Source: an uncultured Actinomycetes bacterium
GTDB taxonomy: Bacteria > Actinomycetota > Thermoleophilia > Gaiellales > Gaiellaceae
Reading direction: 5' to 3'
Assembly (NCBI GenBank): GCA_963731015.1
Contig: CAVSTY010000003.1
Location: 403,745 to 467,744, forward strand
DNA: 64,000 nucleotides
In this document: positions 17,675-32,182 of the stretch, piece by piece
How the letters are laid out: the number at the start of each line of letters is the position of its first letter
Numbering within the stretch: the stretch's first letter is position 1
The notes under the pieces: model-generated
Told to the model about the DNA's origin: nothing
What the model saw: only the letters and a program-made list of their open reading frames with translations
Database searches by the model: none
Position numbers and translations under genes: made by a program

Positions 17675-18261
17675 GCGACGTCGCGCTGCTGGAGCCGCTC
17701 ACGAAGGCGATTCCTGCCGCGATGCGCATGACACTTGGCCGTCCCGACCGGCATCCCGGCGGCGGCCGCGATCTCCTCGAACGTGTAGCCGAGGGCATCC
17801 TTGAGGACAATCACCTGAGCCTGCTCGGGCGAGATGTTCGCGAGCGAGTCGCAGAGCTCGCGCCGCAGCTCGGTGATGCGCACGCCGCGGGTCGGATCGT
17901 GCTCGATGGCGATACCGATCTCCTCGGGCAGCGGATCGTGAACACGTGTCCGCTGACGCTCGGCCACGTCTCGACACGTATTGACCACGAGCCGGTGCAG
18001 CCAGGTCGAGAACTGCGCCTCGCCGCGGAACTGCTTGAGGCGGACGCACAGCTTCGCCAGCGCCTCCTGCGCCGCATCGCGTGCGTCCTCCGGATCGCGC
18101 AGCAGATGCCGCGCGAGCCGCTCGACCCGCGGCGCGTGCCGCACGCAGAGCGCCTCGAGCGCCCGCTGGTCGCCGGCCTTCGCGCGGGTCACGAGAATCG
18201 GGTCGCTGAGGCTCGCATAGTCGAGACTCCGCTCGCGCAGCGGCTGTCTGATCCTCCCCAC
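17671..18261 (-). CDS. ECF-type sigma factor heading the fab chain
   Basis: Regions 2 and 4 are recognisable (DARDAAQEALAKL...STWLHRLVVN; EEIAAAAGMPVGTAKCHAHRGR). Its stop overlaps the fabZ ATG. An alternative GTG start lies at 18192. Confidence 0.85.
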   Translation of the reverse strand: MGRIRQPLRERSLDYASLSDPILVTRAKAGDQRALEALCVRHAPRVERLARHLLRDPEDARDAAQEALAKLCVRLKQFRGEAQFSTWLHRLVVNTCRDVAERQRTRVHDPLPEEIGIAIEHDPTRGVRITELRRELCDSLANISPEQAQVIVLKDALGYTFEEIAAAAGMPVGTAKCHAHRGRNRLRERLQQRDVA

Positions 18262-18283
18262 GGTCGAAGTAGTCTAAGGGCGG

Positions 18284-18868
18284 GTGTCGGATCTCTCGCC
18301 GGGTTCTGTCGAGCCGTTGCTGCAGGGGCGCCTCGGGCGCCCGTACCGCTTCGTCGAGGAGTGCGCTTCGACCCAGCGCCTGCTCGAAGCGGGCGAGGCC
18401 GAAGGGGCGCTGGTGGCGACCGACCTCCAGACGCAGGGCCGCGGCAGGCTCGGCCGCACGTGGGAGACACCGCCGGGGCGCGCGCTGCTCTTCTCCGTCC
18501 TGCTCCACCCGCGGCCGCCGATGGCGCTCTGGCCGGAACTCTCGCTCGTCGCCGGCGACGCCGTTGCCGATGCGTTGCGTCAGGAGACCGGAGTCGCAGC
18601 GGAGCTGAGCCACCCGAACGACGTCCTGATCGAGGGGCGGAAGGTCGCAGGGATCCTGCCCGAGGCCACTGTCGGCCGGGTCGTGCTGGGAATCGGCGTC
18701 AACGTGAACCAGGCGAGCGAGGAGCTACCGGCCGAGACGCCCAAGCCCGCGACCGCGCTCCGCGTCGAGACCGGCCGGGAGTGGCCGCGGGCACCGCTGC
18801 TCGCCGCGATCCTGCTCGAGCTCGAGCGCCGCTACGACGACTGGCAGCGGCTGCACACGAACCGCTGA
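18284..18868 (+). CDS. birA: Biotin--[acetyl-CoA-carboxylase] ligase, catalytic core only
   Basis: GRGRLGRTWETPPG motif. It is 194 aa, with no HTH and apparently no C-terminal SH3-like domain. Confidence 0.85.
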   Translation: MSDLSPGSVEPLLQGRLGRPYRFVEECASTQRLLEAGEAEGALVATDLQTQGRGRLGRTWETPPGRALLFSVLLHPRPPMALWPELSLVAGDAVADALRQETGVAAELSHPNDVLIEGRKVAGILPEATVGRVVLGIGVNVNQASEELPAETPKPATALRVETGREWPRAPLLAAILLELERRYDDWQRLHTNR

Positions 18869-18871
18869 ACC

Positions 18872-19168
18872 TCAGCCGAGGTCGGGGCGCTGCTCGCGGA
18901 AGTTGCGCGCCGCATCGATCGCGGCGCCGAGGTTCAGGCCCTTGTCCTTCGCCTGCTTGATCAGCATCACGGTCTCGAGAGCGTTGATGTCGTAGATCCG
19001 CTGTTTCTTGCCCTTGGTGGGGATGTGCGCCTTGTTCGTCCAGTAGTCGAGCTGCATCTTCGAGATGCCGGCGATCTGGCAGACCTGTCCGAGATAGAGC
19101 CCGACGTTGTCGAGATGCTCCGCGAGATTGATCGGTTCGAGAAGATCGACCTGCCTGCTGACCGCCAT
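18872..19168 (-). CDS. MerR-type helix-turn-helix DNA-binding protein
   Basis: 98 aa. YLGQVCQIAGISKMQLDYWTNKAHI resembles a MerR/excisionase-type HTH. Confidence 0.6.
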   Translation of the reverse strand: MAVSRQVDLLEPINLAEHLDNVGLYLGQVCQIAGISKMQLDYWTNKAHIPTKGKKQRIYDINALETVMLIKQAKDKGLNLGAAIDAARNFREQRPDLG

Positions 19169-19249
19169 TTGCCCTCACCGCCGCTTCGGGGCTGAACTCC
19201 GCTTGAGAGTTATAGAGATCCGGGCCCGTTTTTTAAAGGGGGCGCTGCA

Positions 19250-24632
<5,383 letters not shown>

Positions 24633-24633
<1 letters not shown>

Positions 24634-25700
24634 TACGCCGCCGCCTCCAGCACCGCGCCCGGGGTCACCTCAAGCAGCTGGTCCGGCGGCGTCGGCAGCA
24701 TCGCGGCGTCGGTGGCGGTGACGAGAGCCTGCCCGGCACTCCGCACGCGGGCCGCAAGGATCCTGCGTCGTCCGGGGTCGAGCTCCGAGAGAACGTCGTC
24801 GAGCAGAAGAAGTGGCGGCACGCCGGTCCTGTCGGTAATCGTTTCGGCCTCGGCGAGGAGCAAAGCCAGCAGAGCGAGCCGCTGCTCTCCCTGCGAGCCG
24901 AAGCTGCGGAGATCCCGGCCGCCGGCGGCGATCACGATGTCGTCGAGATGCGGCCCGTGCGAGGTCACGCCGCGTTCGAGATCGCGGTCGAGCGCGGAGG
25001 CCAACCCTTCCGACGTCGGCGGCTCGCCGTCGTAGCGGAGGGAGACATCCCCGAGTCCGAACTCGTCTGCGCGAGCGCCGAAGGCCGGCTCGAGCAGGGC
25101 GAGAGCCTCGAGGCGGGCGGCGACGAGCTCAGCTCCGAGCACCGTGACGCGCTCGCTCCACGGCTCGATGGCATCACGACTCGACGCTCCGATCCTTACC
25201 CGCCGGAGCGCGGCGTTCCGCTGCGCCACCGCTGCGCCGTACTCCGTGGGCAGCAGCGCCCGCACCGGCGCGAAGCGGCCGAGGACGCGGTCGAAGTACG
25301 CGCGGCGAGCGGCAGGCGGACCCTTCACGACGCCGAGCCGGTCCGGCGTGAACACCAGCGTCGAGGCGAGCGCCCGCAGCTGCTCGGCCGCCCGCAACGG
25401 CGCGCCGTTCAAGCGGGCGCGCTTTCCCTCGCCCCGCCGAACGGTCACTTCGAGCTCGAGCCCGACCTCGCCGCGGTGACCGGCCACCGCAGCCCGGGCA
25501 CCCTCGGCGCCGAACCGCACGACCTGCGAGTCGGTGCGAGTACGCGGCGAGAAGCCCTGGGTCGCGACGTGGACGGCCTCGAGCAGATTCGTCTTGCCCA
25601 CGCCGTTCGCGCCCACGACGACCACGAGCCCCGGTTGCAGTGTCAGCTCGAGCCGCTCGTAGGAGCGAAAGTCGCGGAGAGAGGCAGTCTCGACGATCAG
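24633..25700 (-). CDS. recF: DNA replication/repair protein RecF; inferred CTG start
   Basis: Walker A GANGVGKTNLLEA. Homology (LIVETASLRDFRSYERLEL) continues upstream of the first canonical start (GTG 25625) to a CTG at 25700 that overlaps the dnaN TGA. Confidence 0.85.
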
Positions 25701-26827
25701 CCGGGCAGGCGGATCGGCATGACGAGGTACGTGAAGTCGTCGGCCTCGTCGGTGAGGATCGCCGGCCGGAGCGGGCTGATCAGCTTCAGCTTCACGTCGT
25801 CGCCCTCGACCGACTCGAGCCCTTCGCGCAGGAACTCCGCGTTGAAACCGATGTCGAGCGGCTCGCCGCTGTAGGCGACAGGCATCGACTCCGTCGACTC
25901 GCCGACCTCGTGTGTCCGCGCCACGACCGTGACCTCGCCGTCGGCGAAGCGCAGCTGGAGCGGAGTTGCGCGCTGGATCATCACCGCCGCACGCCGCACG
26001 ACATCCAGGAGCTCGGCGCGCGAGATCGTCAGCTCGTGCTCGAACGTCTCGGGCAGTAGCTGCCGGTAGTTCGGGAACTGGCCGTCAATCCGGCGCGTCG
26101 TGAGCCAGACGCCGCCGACCGAGAAGAGAACCTGGTTCTCCTGCACGCCGACCGCGATCTCGTCGCCGTTGCCCGGGATGCGCTGGAGCTCCTGCAACGC
26201 GCGGCTGGGGACGATGGCCTCGAGCTCGGGCGCCCCTGCTGCAAGCGACGTCTCCTTCACGGCGAGCCGGTACGAGTCGGTGGCCGCCATCACGAGCTTG
26301 TCGCCGACGAACTGGACGAGGACGCCGGTGAGCACCGGGCGCGCCTCGTCGCGAGAGGCCGCGCGGGCAACACGGCCGATCGTCTCGAGAAGCGCCTCAC
26401 GGTCCACCGCGAACGTCTCCGCCTCGGTCAGCTCCGGCAGCCGCGGGAAGTCCTCGGCGTTGTACGTGTGCAGCGTGTAGCTCGCGCTGCCCGAGCCGAC
26501 ATGGACGACCGACTCTGCCGCGCGGTGCTCGATCGTGACCTCGTCTCCCGGCAGCAGCCGGGCGATGTCGACGAGGGTGCGGCCCGGCAGCACGATCGCG
26601 CCGTCGCCTTCCACCCGCGCCGGCACTGTCGCGCGTAGCGAGAGCTCCATGTCCGTGGCCGCCAGGCGAAGGTCGTCGCCCTGAGCCTCGAGCAGGATCC
26701 CCGACAGGATCTGGATCGCCGTCCGGCTCGAAACAGCGCGGCCGACGAGCGTGAGTCCCTGCACGAGCTCGTCCTTCGTGCAAGTAATCCTCAGCCCGGC
26801 ACCGACTGCGATGTCACTCTCGATCAT
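25697..26827 (-). CDS. dnaN: DNA polymerase III beta sliding clamp
   Basis: 376 aa in the conserved position, with a C-terminus ending YLVMPIRL. Confidence 0.95.
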   Translation of the reverse strand: MIESDIAVGAGLRITCTKDELVQGLTLVGRAVSSRTAIQILSGILLEAQGDDLRLAATDMELSLRATVPARVEGDGAIVLPGRTLVDIARLLPGDEVTIEHRAAESVVHVGSGSASYTLHTYNAEDFPRLPELTEAETFAVDREALLETIGRVARAASRDEARPVLTGVLVQFVGDKLVMAATDSYRLAVKETSLAAGAPELEAIVPSRALQELQRIPGNGDEIAVGVQENQVLFSVGGVWLTTRRIDGQFPNYRQLLPETFEHELTISRAELLDVVRRAAVMIQRATPLQLRFADGEVTVVARTHEVGESTESMPVAYSGEPLDIGFNAEFLREGLESVEGDDVKLKLISPLRPAILTDEADDFTYLVMPIRLPG

Positions 26828-26856
26828 CTTGGGATTCTCGTAGAAGTCATAGGGAG

Positions 26857-26930
26857 TGTGGACGACGGGGAAGACGTGCTTCTAGTCGCTTCCTTCCTGC
26901 GGTTTGCGTGTGGAGCTTCATTGTGGACGA
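26857..26930. promoter_or_regulatory. DnaA-box-like cluster in the dnaA-dnaN spacer
   Basis: TGTGGACGA at 26857..26865 and 26922..26930, and TGTGGAGCT at 26909..26917, all in the same orientation. Confidence 0.5.
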
Positions 26931-26957
26931 TCCGAAGGGTCCCACAGGCGGCAAGCG

Positions 26958-28331
26958 TCAGCGGACCTGCTTCACACGTGCGGTCAGCTCCTGCACGAGG
27001 TTGTACACAGACCTGTCCTCACGGATCAAGCGGGAGATCTTCGAGGTCGCATGGATCACCGTGGTGTGGTCGCGGCCGCCGAACTCCTTGCCGATCTTGG
27101 GCAGAGACGAGTCGGTGAGCTCGCGGGAGAGGTACATCGCCACCTGCCTCGGATAGACGATGTTCTGGGAGCGCTTCTCGCCGCAGAGCTCGTCGTGCGA
27201 GAGACCGAAGCGCTCGGCGACGAGATCCTGGATCCGCTTGATCGAGACCTCGGCGGCCTCTCCCTGGGGGAAGACGTCGCGCAGGACGTCCTGCGCGAGC
27301 TCGACCGTCATGGGTCGGCCGGTGAGTGAGGAGAAGGCGACGACGCGCGTCAGCGCACCTTCGAGCTCGCGGATGTTCGACGAGACGCGGCTGGCGATGA
27401 AGGTCAGCACCTGCTCGTCGTGGACGTGGATCCCGTCGACTTTCACCTTCTTGCGCAGGATCGCGATCCGCGTCTCGAGATCCGGGGGCTGGATGTCGGT
27501 GATCAGCCCCCACTCGAAGCGGCTCCGCAGCCGGTCCTCGAGCGTCGCGATGTCGCGCGGCGGCCGATCGGAGGACAGGACGATCTGCGAGCCGGCCTCG
27601 TACAGCGAGTTGAAGGTGTGGAAGAACTCCTCCTGGAAGCGCTCCTTGCCCTCGAAGAACTGGACGTCGTCGATGAGGAGGACGTCGTAGGCGCGGTAGC
27701 GCTGCTTGAAGCCCTCGATCCGCTTGTCGCGAAGCGAGTTGATGAACTCGTTGACGAACGCCTCGCTCGTCAAGTAGCGCACCGAGATCGCCGACGAGTG
27801 CTCGGCGACGTACTGCGCGACCGCTTGGAGGAGGTGCGTCTTGCCGAGTCCGGTGCCGCCGTAGATGAAGAGCGGGTTGTAGGCCTGCGCCGGCGCCTCC
27901 GCGACTGCGAGCGCAGCCGCGTGGGCGAAGCGGTTCGACGAGCCGATCACGAACGAGTCGAACGTGTACTTCGAGTTGAAGCCCCCGCTCTCGGGCCGGC
28001 CGGGCATGCGCTGGACCATGGGAACGAGGTCGTCCGAGCCCGCGCGGCCCTCCGGGGACTGCCCGGTGCCGTTCGCGACCCGGAGCTCGAGTGGGCGCTC
28101 GAAACCGACGATGTCGCGGACCGCGGCGCCGATCAGCCCGAGGAAGTGACCTTCGATCCAGTCACGGGTGAACTCGCTCGGAACCGTGAGCACGAGCGTG
28201 TCGCCGTCGACCGCGAGGTCGCGGACGTCGCCGAACCACTTGCTGTACGTCCCGTCGCTCAGGGCCTCTCTCAGCCGCCCCGAGATCTCCTCCCAGAGGT
28301 CCTCTGCGGACAGCTCAACTTGGTGCTCCAC
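26958..28331 (-). CDS. dnaA: Chromosomal replication initiator DnaA
   Basis: 457 aa: AAA+ motif [14 protein letters not shown] and domain IV motif DHTTVIHA. Confidence 0.97.
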   Translation of the reverse strand: MEHQVELSAEDLWEEISGRLREALSDGTYSKWFGDVRDLAVDGDTLVLTVPSEFTRDWIEGHFLGLIGAAVRDIVGFERPLELRVANGTGQSPEGRAGSDDLVPMVQRMPGRPESGGFNSKYTFDSFVIGSSNRFAHAAALAVAEAPAQAYNPLFIYGGTGLGKTHLLQAVAQYVAEHSSAISVRYLTSEAFVNEFINSLRDKRIEGFKQRYRAYDVLLIDDVQFFEGKERFQEEFFHTFNSLYEAGSQIVLSSDRPPRDIATLEDRLRSRFEWGLITDIQPPDLETRIAILRKKVKVDGIHVHDEQVLTFIASRVSSNIRELEGALTRVVAFSSLTGRPMTVELAQDVLRDVFPQGEAAEVSIKRIQDLVAERFGLSHDELCGEKRSQNIVYPRQVAMYLSRELTDSSLPKIGKEFGGRDHTTVIHATSKISRLIREDRSVYNLVQELTARVKQVR

Positions 28332-28433
28332 GACGCCCTGCTCCTCCCCGTCTGCAGCCCGGCGGCCAGCATAACAGTGCCTTCGAGCAGGACAAAATCA
28401 GCGCATTTGCAGGCTTTTCCCGTCCGCTGTAAT

Positions 28434-28520
28434 CCGTCCACAGCTGTGGATAGACGTGGGGGAAACTTGCTTCGGCCGCATCCCTGCATCGGTTGCGGCT
28501 GTGGACAAGCCGGTGGACGA
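28434..28520. promoter_or_regulatory. DnaA-box cluster (oriC candidate) between dnaA and rpmH
   Basis: CCGTCCACA at 28434..28442 is inverted against TGTGGATAG at 28445..28453. A perfect TTGTCCACA (as TGTGGACAA) lies at 28500..28508 and GGTGGACGA at 28512..28520. Relatively AT-rich stretches flank the cluster at 28391..28420 and 28561..28593. Confidence 0.6.
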
Positions 28521-28593
28521 AGCGCGGCTATACTGGCCGCCGCACCCCGCGACCTGCGGGGATTTTTCTGGCAGAGACAGTCTTTTTACAGTC

Positions 28594-28728
28594 GTGAAGC
28601 GCACCTATCAGCCCAACGTCCGCCGCCGTAAGCGCAAGCACGGCTTCCGCGCCCGCATGTCGACGAAGGCCGGCCGCGCGATCCTGAAGCGCCGCCGCGG
28701 CAAGGGCCGAGCTCGCCTCTCGGCGTAG
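28594..28728 (+). CDS. rpmH: 50S ribosomal protein L34
   Basis: A GTG start gives [44 protein letters not shown] (44 aa). Confidence 0.9.
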   Translation: MKRTYQPNVRRRKRKHGFRARMSTKAGRAILKRRRGKGRARLSA

Positions 28729-28753
28729 CTGCGGTCGGCACTAAGCTGCACCC

Positions 28754-29107
28754 GTGAAGCGCGCCAACCGCCTGTCCCGCTCCCGGGACTTCGACGCGGT
28801 GCATCGCCGCGGACGCTCGGTCTCGTCCCGCTTTCTCGTGCTCTACTGGCTGCCGCAGGAGGAGCCGGCGGAACCACGCATCGGGTTCGCTGTGCCGCGG
28901 GCTGCAGGCGGCGCCGTCGAGCGGAACCGGATCAAGCGCCGCCTGCGGGAGGTCTGGAACGAACGGCTCGACCGTGTCCCCGCTGGACACGACTACGTGC
29001 TGATCGTCCGCCCGGGACTCGTCGAGTCGGCGGAGACAAACGGATTCGCGTGGCTCGGCGAACGCGTCGATGAGCTGCTCGAGCAAACGGGGGTTCTCGC
29101 GGCATGA
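28754..29107 (+). CDS. rnpA: RNase P protein component
   Basis: 117 aa basic protein immediately after rpmH. Confidence 0.9.
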   Translation: MKRANRLSRSRDFDAVHRRGRSVSSRFLVLYWLPQEEPAEPRIGFAVPRAAGGAVERNRIKRRLREVWNERLDRVPAGHDYVLIVRPGLVESAETNGFAWLGERVDELLEQTGVLAA

Positions 29108-29334
29108 GTGTCGTGATGCGCCTGCCGAGCCTGCTCGGGATCGGCCTCGTCTGGTTCTACCGCCTGACCTTCGGCGCGGTCTTTCCCACCACGTGCAAGT
29201 ACCACCCGTCGTGCTCCGAGTACGCGATGCAGGCGCTGCGCCGCCATGGTCTCGTCAAGGGCAGTGCCCTCGCCGGCTGGCGTCTGCTCCGGTGCAACCC
29301 GTGGAGCCGGGGAGGCTTCGACCCGATTCGATGA
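29104..29334 (+). CDS. yidD: Membrane protein insertion efficiency factor YidD
   Basis: [11 protein letters not shown]...RCNPW motif. Confidence 0.9.
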   Translation: MSVVMRLPSLLGIGLVWFYRLTFGAVFPTTCKYHPSCSEYAMQALRRHGLVKGSALAGWRLLRCNPWSRGGFDPIR

Positions 29335-30158
29335 TGCTCTTCGCCATCCCGATCATCAGCCAGCTCGAGACCGTGATGAATCACGTTCTCCACTGGTTCC
29401 ACTACAACGTCGGGCTCACCTGGGCCTGGTCGATCGTGGCGGTCACCGTCGTGGTCCGGATGCTGCTCGTGCCGATCACGATCAAGCAGATCCACTCGAT
29501 GCAGAGTCTGCAGCGCCACGCGCCGCAGATGAAGGAGATCCAGAAGAAGTACAAGGGAGACAAGCAGAAGCAGAACGAAGAGCTGATGAAGTTCTATCGG
29601 GAGAACAACATCAACCCGGCCGCCTCGTGCCTCCCGATGCTCCTGCAGCTGCCGGTCTTCATCTCCCTCTACTACGCGCTCAAGCACGAGCACTTCCCGC
29701 CCGGCTCGGACCTTTCGTGGCTCAACTTCATCCACAACATCTCGCTGGGGACGACGACGCAGTGGGGCGGCTACATCCTGCTCGTCGTCTACGTGGCGAG
29801 CCAGATGGCGTCGTCGTACTTCATGATGACGACCGCCGACAAGACGCAGCGCACGCTCTTCATGATCATGCCGCTCGTCTTCGTCTTCATCATTGCGCGC
29901 TTCCCGGCCGGGCTCGTCCTCTACTGGGTGACGACGAACCTCTGGACGGTCGGGCAGGGACTGATCACGCGGCGACTGGTCGCGAAGACGCCCGCCCCAA
30001 GCGCCGAGAAGCGCAGCTCGCGGACGCCGCCGAAGGACGACGGGTCGAGCGGGAACGGTGCGAGCCCGGAGCCTCCGGTGCCGAAGCCGGATCCGTCGCC
30101 CGCCTCGCAGCAGCCCCGTCAGGTGCGACGCAAGAAGAAGCGCACGAGTCGGAGATGA
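29331..30158 (+). CDS. yidC: Membrane protein insertase YidC (short Gram-positive type)
   Basis: MMLFAIPII... with LVPITIKQ...[14 protein letters not shown]...[16 protein letters not shown]. The ATG at 29331 overlaps the yidD stop. Confidence 0.9.
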   Translation: MMLFAIPIISQLETVMNHVLHWFHYNVGLTWAWSIVAVTVVVRMLLVPITIKQIHSMQSLQRHAPQMKEIQKKYKGDKQKQNEELMKFYRENNINPAASCLPMLLQLPVFISLYYALKHEHFPPGSDLSWLNFIHNISLGTTTQWGGYILLVVYVASQMASSYFMMTTADKTQRTLFMIMPLVFVFIIARFPAGLVLYWVTTNLWTVGQGLITRRLVAKTPAPSAEKRSSRTPPKDDGSSGNGASPEPPVPKPDPSPASQQPRQVRRKKKRTSRR

Positions 30159-30850
30159 ACGAGATCGCGGACCTGACCTCCGAAGCGACCGGGGAGACGG
30201 TCGGGGAGGCGAAGTGGGCGGCGCTGCGCGAGCTCGAGCGGCGGCATCCCGGGCTCGACAAGGCCGCGGTGCAGTTCGAGGTGGTCTCCGAAGGTGAGCG
30301 CGGGATCCTCGGCGTCGGCTACGAGCCCGCCCGCGTCGTGGCGCATCTGCCGGCGGAAGCCGCGGAGGCGGCGGCGGCAACCGGGGCCGCGCTCGACGAG
30401 AGCGACCAGGCCGCAGCTGCACGGGCGCTCGTAGCGCAGCTCGTCGAGACGCTCGGTGTCGAAGCGGACGTCGTCGCCCACGACGAAGCCGAAGCGATCG
30501 TCGTCACCTGCTCGGGGCCGGACGTCGGACTCCTCATCGGCCGCCACGGCCAGACGATCGACGCGGTCCAGTACCTCCTGAACGTGATCGCCTATCGCGC
30601 CTACGGCGAGGAGAAGAGAGACGTCGTCGTCGACGCCGCCGGCTATCGCGCCCGGCGGCAGGCGACGCTTGAGACGCTCGCCTTGCGGGTCGCCGAGCGG
30701 GTTCGCGAGTCGGGCGAACGCGAGGAGCTCGAGCCGATGACGGCGGTCGAGCGCAAGGTCGTCCACCTGAGCCTCAAGGAGGTCGCGGGCGTTGGGACGG
30801 CCTCCGAGGGCACGGAGCCGAACCGCTACGTCGTCGTCGTTCCTGAGTGA
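30155..30850 (+). CDS. jag: Jag/KhpB-type RNA-binding protein (KH + R3H)
   Basis: [20 protein letters not shown]... with IGRHGQTIDAVQYL (KH) and a C-terminal R3H-like region. The ATG overlaps the yidC stop. Confidence 0.85.
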   Translation: MNEIADLTSEATGETVGEAKWAALRELERRHPGLDKAAVQFEVVSEGERGILGVGYEPARVVAHLPAEAAEAAAATGAALDESDQAAAARALVAQLVETLGVEADVVAHDEAEAIVVTCSGPDVGLLIGRHGQTIDAVQYLLNVIAYRAYGEEKRDVVVDAAGYRARRQATLETLALRVAERVRESGEREELEPMTAVERKVVHLSLKEVAGVGTASEGTEPNRYVVVVPE

Positions 30851-31412
30851 CTGGCTGAGCGCAGTCGTCGAGGCGCCGGGGCTGACGGCCCTGAGTGACC
30901 TCGACCGGGCGCGAGACATGCTGCTGGACGACGCGCTGCGGGCGCTGCCGTTGCTGGAGCGATACGACGGAGCGATGGTCGACGTCGGCTCGGGCGGCGG
31001 CTCACCGGGGATCCCGCTCGCAGCTGCACTGCCCGAGCGGGAGATGACACTGCTCGACGCGGAGCGCCGTAAGTGCGACTTCCTCCTCCGCTGGGCCCCG
31101 CCGAACGCCGAGGTCGTGTGGGGGCGTGCGGAGGAGCAGCCGCCGGAGCGATGGAGCGTGGCACTGGCGAAGGCGCTTGCCCGGCCGCCCGTTGCAGCAG
31201 AGCTGTGCCTGCCGCTGGTGCGGAGTGGCGGCGCGGCGATCCTCTGGCTCGGCGAGCGGGCGGATCTCGAGCAGCTCGCGGCCGCGGCGGAGCAGCTAGG
31301 CGGAGGCGCTCTCGAGGTGCACGACGGTCTCGCGGTGCTGCCGAAGATCGGGCCGACGCCGCCCGGCTTCCCGCGCCGCGCCGGCGTTGCGAAGAAGCGT
31401 CCGCTGGCGTAG
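30792..31412 (+). CDS. rsmG: 16S rRNA m7G methyltransferase RsmG
   Basis: VDVGSGGGSPGIPLA SAM motif. The TTG at 30792 is preceded by AAGGAGG, but that start implies a 59-nt overlap with jag, so it is uncertain. Confidence 0.8.
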   Translation: MGRPPRARSRTATSSSFLSDWLSAVVEAPGLTALSDLDRARDMLLDDALRALPLLERYDGAMVDVGSGGGSPGIPLAAALPEREMTLLDAERRKCDFLLRWAPPNAEVVWGRAEEQPPERWSVALAKALARPPVAAELCLPLVRSGGAAILWLGERADLEQLAAAAEQLGGGALEVHDGLAVLPKIGPTPPGFPRRAGVAKKRPLA

Positions 31413-31417
31413 CGACA

Positions 31418-32182
31418 ATGACCACGGCCATGAGCCGCATCTACGCCCTTGCGAACCAGAAGGGCGGCGTCGGCAAGACGACGACCGCCGTCAATCTCGC
31501 CGCCTGCCTCGCCGAGGCCGGCGAGCGTTCGCTCGTGATCGATCTCGATCCGCAGGCGAACGCGACCTCGGGTCTCGGGATGCGGGCGAACGGAACCTCG
31601 AGCTACGACCTCCTCGACGGCGCACCGCTCGCCGACCTCGTCCACCCGACCGCGTTCGCGAACCTCGATCTCGTCCCGGCCAAGCCGGATCTCGCCGGCG
31701 CCGTCGTCGAGCTCTCGGGACGCTCCGACGGCGAGCGGTATCTCTCGGAGGCTCTCGCTTCCGGCAGCGAGCGCTATGACTTCGTCTTCCTCGACTGCCC
31801 GCCCTCGCTCGGCCCGCTCACGGTCAACGCGCTCGCGGCCGCCGACCGCGTGCTGGTGCCCGTCCAGGCCGAGTACTACGCGCTCGAGGGTCTGACGCAG
31901 CTGCTGCATTCGGTCGAGCTGATCCGGCGGCGGCTCAACCCGACTCTCGGCATCGGCGGCGTCCTCCTCACGATGGTCGACGGCCGCACGCGCCTCGCGC
32001 ACCAGGTCGAGGAAGAGGTGCGGCGGCACTTCGGCGACCTCGTCTTCCGCACCTCCGTCCCGCGCTCGGTGCGCCTCGCCGAGGCCCCGAGCCACGGACT
32101 GCCCGCGATTGCCTACGACCGTCGCTCCGCCGGAGCCGACGCCTACTGGAAGGTGGCGATGGAGCTTGTCGAGCGCGCCTGA
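31418..32182 (+). CDS. parA: Chromosome partitioning ATPase ParA/Soj
   Basis: Deviant Walker A KGGVGKTTTAVNLA. Confidence 0.92.
   Translation: MTTAMSRIYALANQKGGVGKTTTAVNLAACLAEAGERSLVIDLDPQANATSGLGMRANGTSSYDLLDGAPLADLVHPTAFANLDLVPAKPDLAGAVVELSGRSDGERYLSEALASGSERYDFVFLDCPPSLGPLTVNALAAADRVLVPVQAEYYALEGLTQLLHSVELIRRRLNPTLGIGGVLLTMVDGRTRLAHQVEEEVRRHFGDLVFRTSVPRSVRLAEAPSHGLPAIAYDRRSAGADAYWKVAMELVERA

Noticed and set aside
19169-19249. CCGGGCCCG followed by TTTTTT after the gyrA stop region, considered as a terminator.
   Set aside because: The T-run is on the plus strand while both flanking genes are on the minus strand. The GC element is a loop-less palindrome. The spacer is more likely just the promoter region of the MerR-like gene (TATAAC on the minus strand).
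30792-30850. 59-nt overlap of rsmG with jag, considered as a possible programmed overlap.
   Set aside because: It most likely reflects uncertainty in the rsmG start (TTG 30792 with an SD, versus a downstream non-canonical start). It is not distinctive enough to report as a finding.
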